The notes under the pieces: generated by a model
Seen by the model: the letters and a program-made list of their open reading frames with translations, nothing else
What the model was told of the DNA's origin: nothing
The model's database searches: none
Assembly (NCBI GenBank): GCA_964016885.1
Contig: OZ024740.1
Coordinates: 123,008,001 to 123,072,000 of the forward strand
DNA from: Eledone cirrhosa
Lineage: Eukaryota
Direction: 5' to 3'
Length of the DNA: 64,000 nucleotides
Position numbers and translations under genes: made by a program
Shown here: positions 1-10,689 of the stretch, piece by piece
How the letters are laid out: every line of letters starts with the position of its first letter
Numbering within the stretch: the first letter of the stretch is position 1

Positions 1-850
1 ATTAAAAAATCCAATAGTACCCCATTCAACGTGAGTATGGGCGCCAGTGATTCTGCGGAGGTTACTGCTCTTATCGGCCTTTTCCTTCTTTTCTCTATCA
101 AGGACGAATTCCCCAACGCGGGCGGTGGTTTGTACCGTGACGATGGTCTTTTGACCATGACTAAGTGCGGACCTCGTGCTGGCGACAGGTTCAGAAAATA
201 ACTCACAGCCTTCTTTAAAGGCTTCAACCTCTCTATACAGGTTGAGGCCAATCTCTCGGTCGTTAATTACCTCGACGTTACCCTCAACTTATTGAATGGG
301 TTGTATTACCCGTATAGAAAGCCGAATGATACGCTTAATTACATAAGTAAGCATTCCAACCATCCTGCCAGCATAACCAAGAACCTGGTAAGAAACGTTT
401 CGTTGAGGCTTTCCCGTCTTTCCACCAACGAGTGTATTTTCAACGACCATTCCACTTATCACAATGATGCTCTTGCTCGAAGTGGATTTGTCGATAAGGT
501 AGCATATACAGAGTACGAAAATAGACCTAGAAGAATAGATCCCGTCGCATTTGTTGGTATAACCCACCATATAATATGGAGGTGGCCACACCATTAGCTA
601 AGATCTTTCTTTCCCCTATTACGAAGCATTTTCCCCCTACACATAAATATAGTAAATTTTTTAATAGAAATACTATTAACATTTCTTACTCTACGACTCC
701 TAACCTTGCACATAACATCACAGCTTCAAATTTAGCTAAACTATCTAGCCGTAGGAACACGTGCAGCCCTGTTGTTAGTACTAACTGTAATTGTAGGATC
801 GGGTTGATTGCCCCCTATCCGGGAAATGCCTCTCTAGTAACATTGTCTAT
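1..850 (+). pseudogene. Decayed Penelope-like element RT/thumb/linker (YRDDGL type, Naiad-like), truncated at start of GIY-YIG
   Basis: Frame 1 reads PFNVSMGASDSAEV...GGGLYRDDGL, then NYLDVTL, YRKPN, SNHP, YSTTPNL, CNC..CP..GKCL..IVY. Stop at 199-201 and frameshifts. Confidence 0.85.
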
Positions 851-1689
851 ATGTGTATATGTGTACTTCATGTTTTGGTTGACTTACGTCTCCGAACATT
901 CGTGTATTTACATGTAGGTATGTGTGTGCGCTTGTTATATACGTATTTATTTATATACGTTTATATAATTATTTATGTATTTGTATACACGCATACACAC
1001 ACACACATATTTATATGTGCGTGGTTTTGTTTACCTATGGTAAGTTTTTGCGTATGCTTGTGTATGTACGTTTTTGTTTGCGTGTATGTATTTATTTATT
1101 TCTATTACTTCTGTATTGTATTTATTTACTTTGTTCTTAACTCTGTAGCGGAGATTTATTCGTCTCCTAGTTAGAATTTTAGTCTACGTCTTCTGCTATA
1201 CCATTTACGTGGTTTTGTCTTTGCGTGCTATTGTTCTCCACGTTCCACATATGACGTATTATCTTCGTTTTTTTCGTTCATTGCCAGAGAACGTCTCTAT
1301 GCACCACCTAAGAGAACATTAGTCTACGACCTCTTTTATACCATAAACGTGGTTCTGTCTTTGCGCGTAATTGTTTTTCACTGCCCCTATTAATGACGTA
1401 TTATATTCGTTTTTTTCCCGTTGTTTACCAGCGAACGTTTCCACGAACCAAAGTATCGTCTTCCTGCCTTCCTCCGGTTGCAACGTTTTTCGAAATATCC
1501 AGTTCTGCGTTTACAGATTGACTTTGTTAGTTTCAGAAGATCCCGTTAAGGGTAAAAGCAGCGATTACTTGCTTAAACTTTAATCTGTTATTTTAATAAA
1601 TATTTTCTCTACGGTTCTTATATATTTTATATATATTTATCCTTATCGAGCCCTCTTTGGATTTTAGTCTTCAAATTTATTATTATTAC

Positions 1690-1691
<2 letters not shown>
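851..1691 (+). mobile_element. 3' non-coding tail/pLTR of the PLE, with internal ~140-bp tandem duplication; ends at (TA)n
   Basis: Near-identical reverse-complement copy at 42734-43575. Tandem units at ~1179-1318 and ~1319-1450. Confidence 0.75.
1529..1579 (+). ncRNA. Degenerate type I hammerhead ribozyme motif (core CAGAAGA, GAAA mutated to AAAA)
   Basis: agttt CAGAAGA tccc-gttaa-gggt AAAA gcag-cgattac-ttgc TT aaact. Stems I, II and III pair; the sister copy at 42846-42896 retains GAAA. Confidence 0.5.
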
Positions 1692-1723
<32 letters not shown>

Positions 1724-1863
1724 AGGATAAGGAACAAGGATTCAGTGTTGCATCATAATATATTTAACATATTACATATGTTTCTCTATCGATCAGCTCG
1801 AGGCAAAGTCTATAATAGATTGAACCTGACACTTTTAATTGATATATATATATATATATATAT

Positions 1864-2680
1864 GGGATAACAAGTTAGCGTTTTAGGTAATCCAGTTAGA
1901 GGTTGTGAGTACTCTGTAATATGGATAGTTTTAACGTACGGCGTTGTTTGACTCAACAAGAGGTTTCCTTAGTTAGGTAGCGAGTTTGCGAGAATTCTTA
2001 TGTAGGTTATTCTTTGACTAATAATTGTGAAAGAGTGAAGAATAACATGGTCGGCTGTACAAAACGGTTTTATTTACAGTATTAACAATTGTTTCATTGA
2101 TTAGGTGAGTCTAAAGGCCGCTGATCACTCGAAATTGCATCACTCGACCTTAAAAGCAGTGTGCGTCTCTGATCAAATCATCGGAATACTGGAAGGTGTA
2201 ACACATGGCACTGGTATTCATAGATAGATCGTAGAGTCAAGTGAATGAACACAAGAACACCAATAATAAAAGATGAAAAAATTAATAAAAAAAAGTATAA
2301 GTAAATAAAAATGATAAAAAAGTAAAAAATAAGTAAAATTACGGTTACTGATAATAGTAATAGTGGTGGTGGTAGTTCAAGTTATAATGGTGAGTAAGTT
2401 GATGTGTAAAATAGTGATGACAGTAATTATAACAATAACATGAAAAGAAATACGATATATGATAGGCGAAATGTAGTGTATTGAGTTAATGAATTGGCTA
2501 AATGTAAATGCAAAAAGTACCAACAAATATAAGGATTAAAATAAAAAATAAAGTAAGAGAGAAGAGATAAAAAGTAAGAAAGGAAGAGATATAGAACAGG
2601 AGATAGAGAATAAAGAATAAGGATTCAATGATGAGATGTCTAAGTATTAGAAACAAATTACTTTTTTTAATTGATATATA
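1864..2680 (-). mobile_element. Non-coding PLE-like 3' tail inserted at (TA)n
   Basis: Starts gggataacaa next to (TA)n. Homologous to 45688-46030 and, inverted, to 4690-5020. Carries a hammerhead motif. Confidence 0.6.
2077..2191 (-). ncRNA. Type I hammerhead ribozyme, long stem II, core variant CCGATGA
   Basis: Minus strand: cagtatt CCGATGA tttgat...(~80 nt)...atcaat GAAA caattg TT aatactg. 7-bp stem I, palindromic stem III. Confidence 0.7.
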
Positions 2681-2825
2681 TATATAGTAATAATAATAAA
2701 TTTGAAGACTATATATATATTTGTAGTAAGATTGCTTGGATGCGTCCATAGGCGGTATGCCGGTTGAGAACTCTGATAATATGGAAAACGGAGAATCAGT
2801 GATACATCGGAACACAAATTTATTG

Positions 2826-2916
2826 CGTATTACAATTATTTCTCCGACGAACAGCTCGAGATGCGATCTGTTTGTGGATCGAACCTGACTCTGGATTCGC
2901 AAGTTCCTCAGATACG
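2826..2916 (-). ncRNA. Type I hammerhead ribozyme, 62-nt stem II domain, GUA site
   Basis: Minus strand: cgtat CTGAGGA acttgcgaa...ttcgtcgga GAAA taattg TA atacg. A truncated relative (3' half only, GAAA catatg TA) lies at ~1770-1832. Confidence 0.75.
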
Positions 2917-4279
2917 TTTAGTGATTTCGAAGCGAATCCTCTTTCTACTGGACACTACGCTTGGAATTTCTATCATCTGCCTTCAACCTGGTTGCGCGGT
3001 CCTCCGATTGGTTGTTAGTTCGGGACGTCATCTTTGTGTATGACCAGTCAAATCTGCCCACTGACCATTTCCATTCAGGCGTGAGCTGTCACTCACATTA
3101 ATCCCGTCGCCAGGAATTACTGCTAAGTTTAGAGGAGGTTTTATGAACTCTCTTGCCACTCCCTGGCTTTCTCGTCTCCCTACACATATACACCCACACG
3201 CACGTGTGCTCACACATATACAGACATTCCGAGCCGTTAATCGCACACACACACACACACGTAGAGCCTGCGTGTTTGCGTTCACACATGTACATGCATA
3301 TATTCACCTCTCACATATAGTGTGTGTTCCAATGTATCATTGATTCTTCGTTTTCCATACTATATATATATATATATAAAATTGAAAACGTGGAGAATAA
3401 CTTGGTCAACAGTACAAAAAAGGGGGGGGGGGATTTATTTGCAGTCTAACAAATAAATCCCCCCTGTCTGATAGAGTTGTCTAAAAATTGCTGAACACTA
3501 AAAGCAGTGCCCTCAATTTTAAATACGTTGTTAACTCTATTAGACCTTCAGAAACTGTTAAAAAATATATATATGTAACCGGCAAATTTACAAATTCAAA
3601 TTACATCATCAATAATAATAATAATAATAAAGATATAGAGAGAAACAGAGGAAGAAAGGGAGATAGATACAGTAAAGAAAGAAAGGAAAGGAAGGAGAAA
3701 GAAGAAGAAAAGGAGAAATTATTATATATAGAAATATAAAGAGAGGAAAATATAGAGAAGTTGATGGTAGATAGAGGAGAGACAAACATAAGTAAAAATA
3801 ACGTATGGTAGACAGAAGAATAGAGGGAAAAATAAATGTATAAACGTTAATATATGAATAAATGTAAATAAAAATAAAAATATGTATATAAAAAATATAT
3901 AAAATAATGGTGGAAATATGATAATGTTAAATATAATTGTCATCATCTATCAAACAACATCAAAACCTCTTATATTTACATTCTTATTTTATATATCTCT
4001 ATTTTTCACTCTTTATCTTTATATTTCTCTCCCTAAATTTATTTCATCTCTGTCATTTTATTTTATCATATAATATAACTTAAAACTAATTAATTTATTT
4101 ATTTATTAAAATAACCAATACACACATAAATATATTTAACATTATCATATTTCCACCATTTTTCCATATATTTTTTATATATCTATTTTTATTTTTATTT
4201 ACATTTATTCATGTATTAACGTTTATTCATTTATTTGTCCCTCTATTCTTCTTTCTATCATACGTTATTTTTACTTATG

Positions 4280-4466
4280 CAAGGCGGTGGATTGGCAGTA
4301 TCTGTAGAGAGTCGGACACCATGCTTTCCAGCATAGTTACGTCCCTTTCCGGTCTGAGTTCAAAACCTGCCGAGGTTCACTTTGCCTTTCATCCTTACTG
4401 GGTCGATAAAATGGAGTACCAGTAATGTACTGGTGGATTGCTGGCCTTGTGACAAAAGTAGAAACA
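4280..4466 (+). mobile_element. tRNA-derived SINE with Nin/Deu-like central domain and 16-bp TSD
   Basis: Head ggcggtggattggcag...gagttcaaa; core gcctttcatcc..gggtcgataaaatggagtaccag; TSD gttatttttacttatg at 4264-4279 and 4467-4482. Confidence 0.85.
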
Positions 4467-4691
4467 GTTATTTTTACTTATGTTTGTCTCTCTTCTATAT
4501 ATCTTCCTCTCTTTATAATTCTATCTATAATAATTTCTCCTTTTCTTCTTTTTCTTTTTTCTTTCTCCTTCCTTTTCTGTATCTATCTCCCTTTCTTCCT
4601 CTTTTTCTCTCTATATCTTTATTATTAATATTATTATTGATTATGTAATTTGAATTTGTAAATTTGCCGGTTACATATATATTTTTTTAAC

Positions 4692-4807
4692 AGTTTCTGA
4701 AGAATTAGTTTCTGAATAAAGTTAACATCGTATTTAAAATTGAGTGGCACTGCTTTTAGTGTTCAGCAATTTTTAGACAACTCTATCAGTGAAACAATTG
4801 TTAGACT
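4692..4807 (+). ncRNA. Type I hammerhead ribozyme, long stem II
   Basis: agttt CTGAAGA ...(87 nt)... GAAA caattg TT agact. Stem I pairs with one G-U. Confidence 0.65.
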
Positions 4808-5020
4808 TCAAATAAATCCCCTTTGTTGTACTGTTGACCATGTTATTCTCCACTTTTTCAATGTTATTACTCCAGGATAAACTTACATAGGAATACAAGT
4901 GAAATCATAAACTCGTCATCTAAGTAAACCTCTTGTTGATTCAAGCAACGCCGCACGCTAAAACTATCCATAATAAGTATTCACAACCTCTAATTAGATT
5001 ACTATAACGATATTTTTATC

Positions 5021-5078
<58 letters not shown>

Positions 5079-7016
5079 GGGGAAGGGAGAAAGATAGACT
5101 TGGTAGAGAGAGGTGATGTCTTTCGGTACAAGGTAAATAGTATCGAAAAAATAACAACAAATATAGTATATGTAATATACAGTTTCCAATAATATGAAAC
5201 AAATATTACTTTAAGTTCCTCTGTTTATAGCAACATTAAATTTTAAATCTCATATATAGTTTATGATAATATTAATTATATTAATTACCGCTTATCATCA
5301 AGAGTAATACTTCAACCCGCTCTTTGTGTTTCACTATCGATAAGTTTTTATTGTAAAATTGTATGTATATGTCATCTAATATTTAAGGCCACAGTAAAAC
5401 GCTATAGTAGTTACATGAGTTTTTTTTTCCTGCAAAATATTACTAAATGTTAAGGCCCGAAATTCTTATCCGGAGAGTGTTTCTTCTTTGAAGACCTGCT
5501 GTCCAGCTCTCTTGAGTGTTTCTTACCACCATTACACTTTGACTTTAAAGTAGAATGCTACAATAGTCACTTGACTTGGCACATGAGATTTGTTTCTCTT
5601 TTTTTTTCCTTCACCATATTACTTCTAAATAAACGCTGTTATATTTGTTAATTAGCTATATCTCGTTTATTTTTTGTTGTGTAATATGATCTGCAAATTG
5701 ATAGAATTTGGCTCTGAATTTTTGCGGATATGAGTAATGTTTTTTTTACATTCTTTTGTTGTTTGCTATTTATAATTTGTTGAGTCTCCAAGATTCTTCT
5801 CATTTTTTATCATTATACAAAATGGTCAGATTCGTATGAACATCATTATTAATTTCAATATGCCTCCGTTTGTATATTGTTACAAATGGCAGTGTCTAAA
5901 CTGGCTGGAAACTTTCAGACTATTATATCTGGAGATAAATATTTTATTACTTCGAAATAAATGTTGAACATGAAATTACATAATAGCAAAGTTCACATTT
6001 TTCGCCAAACAAATATGCTGACAATATAGATAGCTTGAAATTACAAGCACAAATGCTACAGCCTTCAAAAATGAACACATACTCCCATTTATCTGAATTT
6101 CGTAATTCCATAAATATTCTACATGAAAATATAGAATCAAAACAAAGGAAAGCATTAAGTCAACACAGAGCCGTAACTAGTGTAAATGGCGCATATGTGA
6201 AGCAGAGACATTGAGCCCCCTATCCAAACATATGGTCATGCAGTTCCCAGCACTGTATTTTTACCTATTCGCCTAATAATTTATATAAACAGTTTAATGC
6301 ACCAGGCACCATTATACTTCTCACCCACGATAATCAAAGACAGATCATGCATCTGAAGAAGATACTTTTTTCACTCTCCCCGATAGCTTATCTGACGTTA
6401 ATAGAAAGAGCTCCTCGTCTAAGTGGCACCCGTGATATATTCCATCCTTGCCAGGGATTCACGCATCTGAGTCAAAAATAAGTCACTCAATCGTTCTCTC
6501 ATCACTTGTAATTCTGGCAGCCTTTGTTTTCGTATTGTCAATTGGGATGCACTTGTGTGTACTTGTTTCACCGAAATAAGTATTGTTTTGAAGCCGTGGA
6601 ATTACAATAGTTATCTATTTCAATTCGTCCTTCGCATCAAACACTCTAAAATGATAGCTATTAAATCCCACCGTGAATTAATTATCGGAATTTATGATGT
6701 TTATAATATTTTAAAATTCGTCTATCTACCGTTTCATTCCATAAGATAAAAGAGACACCGAGAAAGGTTTTCTTTCGGGGGACAGGGTATGAATAAAAGT
6801 TGAGATCTAAAATATTTTGTAAGTTTACATGATTGTTTTTGTTCGTGGTGACTCATAACAATATTTTGTATAATGGTTCTACTTTAGTACCCATGGCCAG
6901 TGGCAGACTGGATCTAAAAATATTAGTTGCCAGGAGATGAAGGGAGCCCCACCTACATATAATATGCTATCATATAATTTTAATAGTGAATAAATAATAT
7001 TTTCGAAAAATACATA

Positions 7017-7625
7017 AGTGGAAACAAAACAGGGCAATCACATTTTGTGGAAACATATATTACCTTCTCCAATAAAAAATATTATGTTTTTTGCGAAATC
7101 CAGAAACTTTCAATAATAACCAGAAGTCGACCCTAAATATTATTAAGAGCTCTAGGAAAGCCATGAACGACACCACATCTTTTTAACTTTGATTTGAAAG
7201 TAGGTTTATAATTATCAATTTTCATTATACGTCTGTAACTGTCTCGGTGGCCTAGTTGGAGGAATCATAGATGGTGCTAATGCTGGCCTGAAGTTCGACC
7301 CTGGTCGGGAGTAAGGTTCGCGGTAACCCTTTTCAGTTTTTTCTATTCGTTGTAAAATAAAAATTGAAAAAGTTTACATATAGCTCTGACCAGGATTGAA
7401 GCCAAGACCAGGATCTTCACCGTCCCTAGTACCCCCCCCCCGCTAGACCACAGAGACAAATACGAAAGTCTTATGAAAATTCATACTTATAAACCTACGT
7501 TCAACATTTTGAAAACAAAATGTTGCGGTATCGTTAATGTCGTTCTTAATAGTATTGCTCCTACTTAGGGTCGACTTCTAAATCATCTGGGTATTCCATA
7601 GACTACATCCTCGTTTTGTTCCACA
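7017..7625. mobile_element. Diverged fold-back element with a tRNA-like (A/B box) segment in each arm
   Basis: agaagtcgaccctaa (7122) vs ttagggtcgacttct (7565); gtaggtttataa vs ttataaacctac. A box tggcctagttgg and B box gttcgacc at ~7248-7300, mirrored at ~7385-7455. Confidence 0.6.
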
Positions 7626-8015
7626 TCTATCTAGACTATATTTTAACCTGTAATCCAAGATTCATTTCTCTTCCACTCATTTCTCCCCTTCCCAACCTCT
7701 CTCTCTTTCTGTCTGTGATATTTGAATATACTATGATTTGGACTTACCTCATTCCTATATATATGTTTTTGCATGTCAGTTAGATTCAAACTTACAATGA
7801 TTGGCATTATATATATATATATAAAATAAAAAATGGCCAGCTGTGTTGCTGCATTTAAGTATATATATATATTTAAAAGTTAAACAAGGTTCAATGAATA
7901 CATCAACGAATGAGTTTTACAATAGATTGGAAGCACTCAACAGTGAAAAATGTTTTCCAGAGTAATTAATATTTATTCAAAATATTAACAAAATAGATAT
8001 TCTTGTGATCAATTA

Positions 8016-8082
8016 TATTTTATTATACATATTTCAGAGGTACTGAGTTAAGTTCAACAGTACGTCCTCATCAGATAAAATA
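8016..8082 (-). ncRNA. Type I hammerhead ribozyme (mirror of 10489-10555)
   Basis: Reverse complement of tattttat CTGATGA ggacgtactg..cagtacctct GAAA tatgta TA ataaaata. Confidence 0.75.
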
Positions 8083-8388
8083 AGATGATGCATGATATAC
8101 CCTGACATAGTAGATGGTTAAGATTCAGTCATGGTAGTGATTAACATATGACAAAACTCAATATTTATACCCTAATATTGAGAACATAAGAAACATATAT
8201 AATACAAACAATAGAGAGGGTGCGTGTAATACAGCTTAAACAATACATGGCTTCAATATAACAGTTACACATTTTTTTTATTTTTTAAACTACTGAAGAA
8301 AGAAAGGAAAGCATAGAGAAAGAAACAGCTGATGTGATAATATATTTAGTAGGTGCCTCGAAAACCAAATGAAAGATGATTAAAGAGA

Positions 8389-8420
<32 letters not shown>

Positions 8421-10488
8421 CAAAGGGGAATCATTTATGTTGAAGTTTATAGACAATTTTCCATATATGCAATATATATCTAAATTTATTTAGTTGACCG
8501 TTATTATTCAAAATATTTAATTTAAGTTATTTCAGAGTAATGAGTAATATTTTAGGTTTTAAAAGTTAATAATATTATATTATACTATCAAGTTTAATTT
8601 CTAAAATTCAAATTTTATGAAAACAAATTTAAAGGATTTACGAAACACGAGAAAGAAAATATATAATGCTTTTATACCCCCACGAAGGTAATCTTTACCA
8701 ACATTATTTATAATATTGACAACAGTTTATATAATATAATTTATAAAATAATTATAGTTACGATCATTAAAAAATTTATGATTAAATAGTTTGAGTGCCT
8801 AAAGGATCAACCGGCCTTATAACTAAACTTAAAGAAGTCTGAATTTTTAATTATATATATGTGTTAATCAAAAAATATACAAGGATAATAATGTCTAAAG
8901 TTTTAAGGTGATACCTTTCAAATATATATAATATAATACAATAATACAATATAGTAAATAAGTTACTGAAAATATTGTTAAAAAAATATATATAGTTAAA
9001 ATATATTGTTAAAAATTGCTAAAAAATTAATGTTTTATATCAATTATTTTCATTTAGTTGATATATACTATAAACATATAAGTCAAAACTACATGAGTCC
9101 TAATGATAGGGGCTAGATACAAAATAAATATAAACAAAATAAAAATAATGAATTGTTTGCGAAACTTAAAAATGCCCAATATTAAAAATATATTATATAT
9201 GTAATAGGTTTTTAATATATAGTAAGCAAAAGATAGGTCTAAAATATTTTAGTGAATATGATAGAAAGAGGAGCTAAATATTTGAAAAAGCCGAATGTAA
9301 TATAAATTTAATTAAAATAACTTAAATTAGATTAAATTATATTAAATTAAGTAAAAATCATTATATAAATTCGAACTTCCAGGGAATATCAAACACATAA
9401 CAATATAGAGTCATTTGAGTATCTAAATTATTTATAAATTTATTTTTTTGGTATTTATTTTGTATCTAGCCCCTATCATTAGGACTCATGTAGTTTTGAC
9501 TTATATGTTTATAGTATATATCAACTAAATGAAAATAATTGATATAAAACATTAATTTTTTAGCAATTTTTAACAATATATTTTAACTATATATATTTTT
9601 TTAACAATATTTTCAGTAACTTATTTACTATATTGTATTATTGTATTATATTATATATATTTGAAAGGTATCACCTTAAAATTTAGACATTATAATCCTT
9701 GTATATTTTTTGATTAACACATATATATAATTAAAAATTCAGACTTCTCTAAGTTTAGTTATAAGGCCGGTTGATCCTTTAGGCACTCAAACTATTTAAT
9801 CATAAATTCTTTAATGATTGTAACTATAATTATTTTATAAATTATATTATATAAACTGTTGTCAATATTATAAATAATTTTGGTAAAGATTACCTTCGTG
9901 GGGGTATAAAAGCATTATATATTTTCTTTCTCGTGTTTCGTAAATCCTTTAAATTTGTTTTCATAAAATTTGAATTTTAGAAATTAAACTTGATAGTATA
10001 ATATAATATTAATACAAATACCTATTAACTATTAAAACCTAAAATATTACTCATTACTCTGAAATAACTTAGATTGAATATTTTGAGTAGTAACGGTCAA
10101 CTAAATAAATTTAGATATATATTGCATATATGGAAAATTGTCTATAAACTTGAACATAAATTACTCCCCTTTGTCTCTCTCTCTCTTTAATCATCTTTCA
10201 TTTTTTTTTCGAGGCACTTACTAAATATATTATCACATCAGCTGTTTCTTCCTCTACGCTTTCCTTTCATTCTTCTTTCTTCAGTAGTTTAAAAAAAAAT
10301 GTGTAACTGTTATATTGAAGCCATGTATTGTTTAAGCTGTATTACACTCACCCTCTCTATTGTTTGTATTATATATTTTTCTTATGTTCTCAATATTAGG
10401 GTATAAATATTGAGTTTTGTCATATGTTAATCACTACCATGACTGAATCTTAACCATCTAATATGTCAGGGTATGTCATGCATCATCT

Positions 10489-10555
10489 TATTTTATCTGA
10501 TGAGGACGTACTGTTGAACTTAATTCAGTACCTCTGAAATATGTATAATAAAATA
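10489..10555 (+). ncRNA. Type I hammerhead ribozyme, AUA site
   Basis: tattttat CTGATGA ggac-gtactg-ttgaacttaatt-cagtac-ctct GAAA tatgta TA ataaaata. 8-bp stem I, minimal near-palindromic stem III. Confidence 0.75.
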
Positions 10556-10631
10556 TAATTAATCACAAGAATATCTATTTTGTTAATATTTTGAATTAAT
10601 ATATATATATATATATATATATAAATATATA

Positions 10632-10665
10632 CAGTGGCGGACTAGGTCTAAAAATATTGGTTGCC
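10632..10665 (+). mobile_element. Solo left end of the same hAT family, fused to the 5' end of the PLE
   Basis: cagtggcggactaggtctaaaaatattggttgcc, 4 transitions away from 6898-6931. Confidence 0.65.
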
Positions 10666-10689
10666 GCTAATAACCATCACCAAGAAACG

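Larger units (their letters stand above)
3378..4865. repeat. Inverted repeat (arms ~3378-3935 and ~4138-4865), pLTR-like
   Basis: For example gtaaccggcaaatttacaaattcaaattaca (~3575) vs tgtaatttgaatttgtaaatttgccggttac (~4644). The right arm is interrupted by a SINE. Confidence 0.85.
7967..10602. repeat. 2.6-kb fold-back: ~1.16-kb inverted arms (7967-9130 / 9452-10602), ~320-bp spacer
   Basis: Arms are reverse complements along their length with few differences. Non-coding, very AT-rich, one hammerhead near each outer end. Confidence 0.92.
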
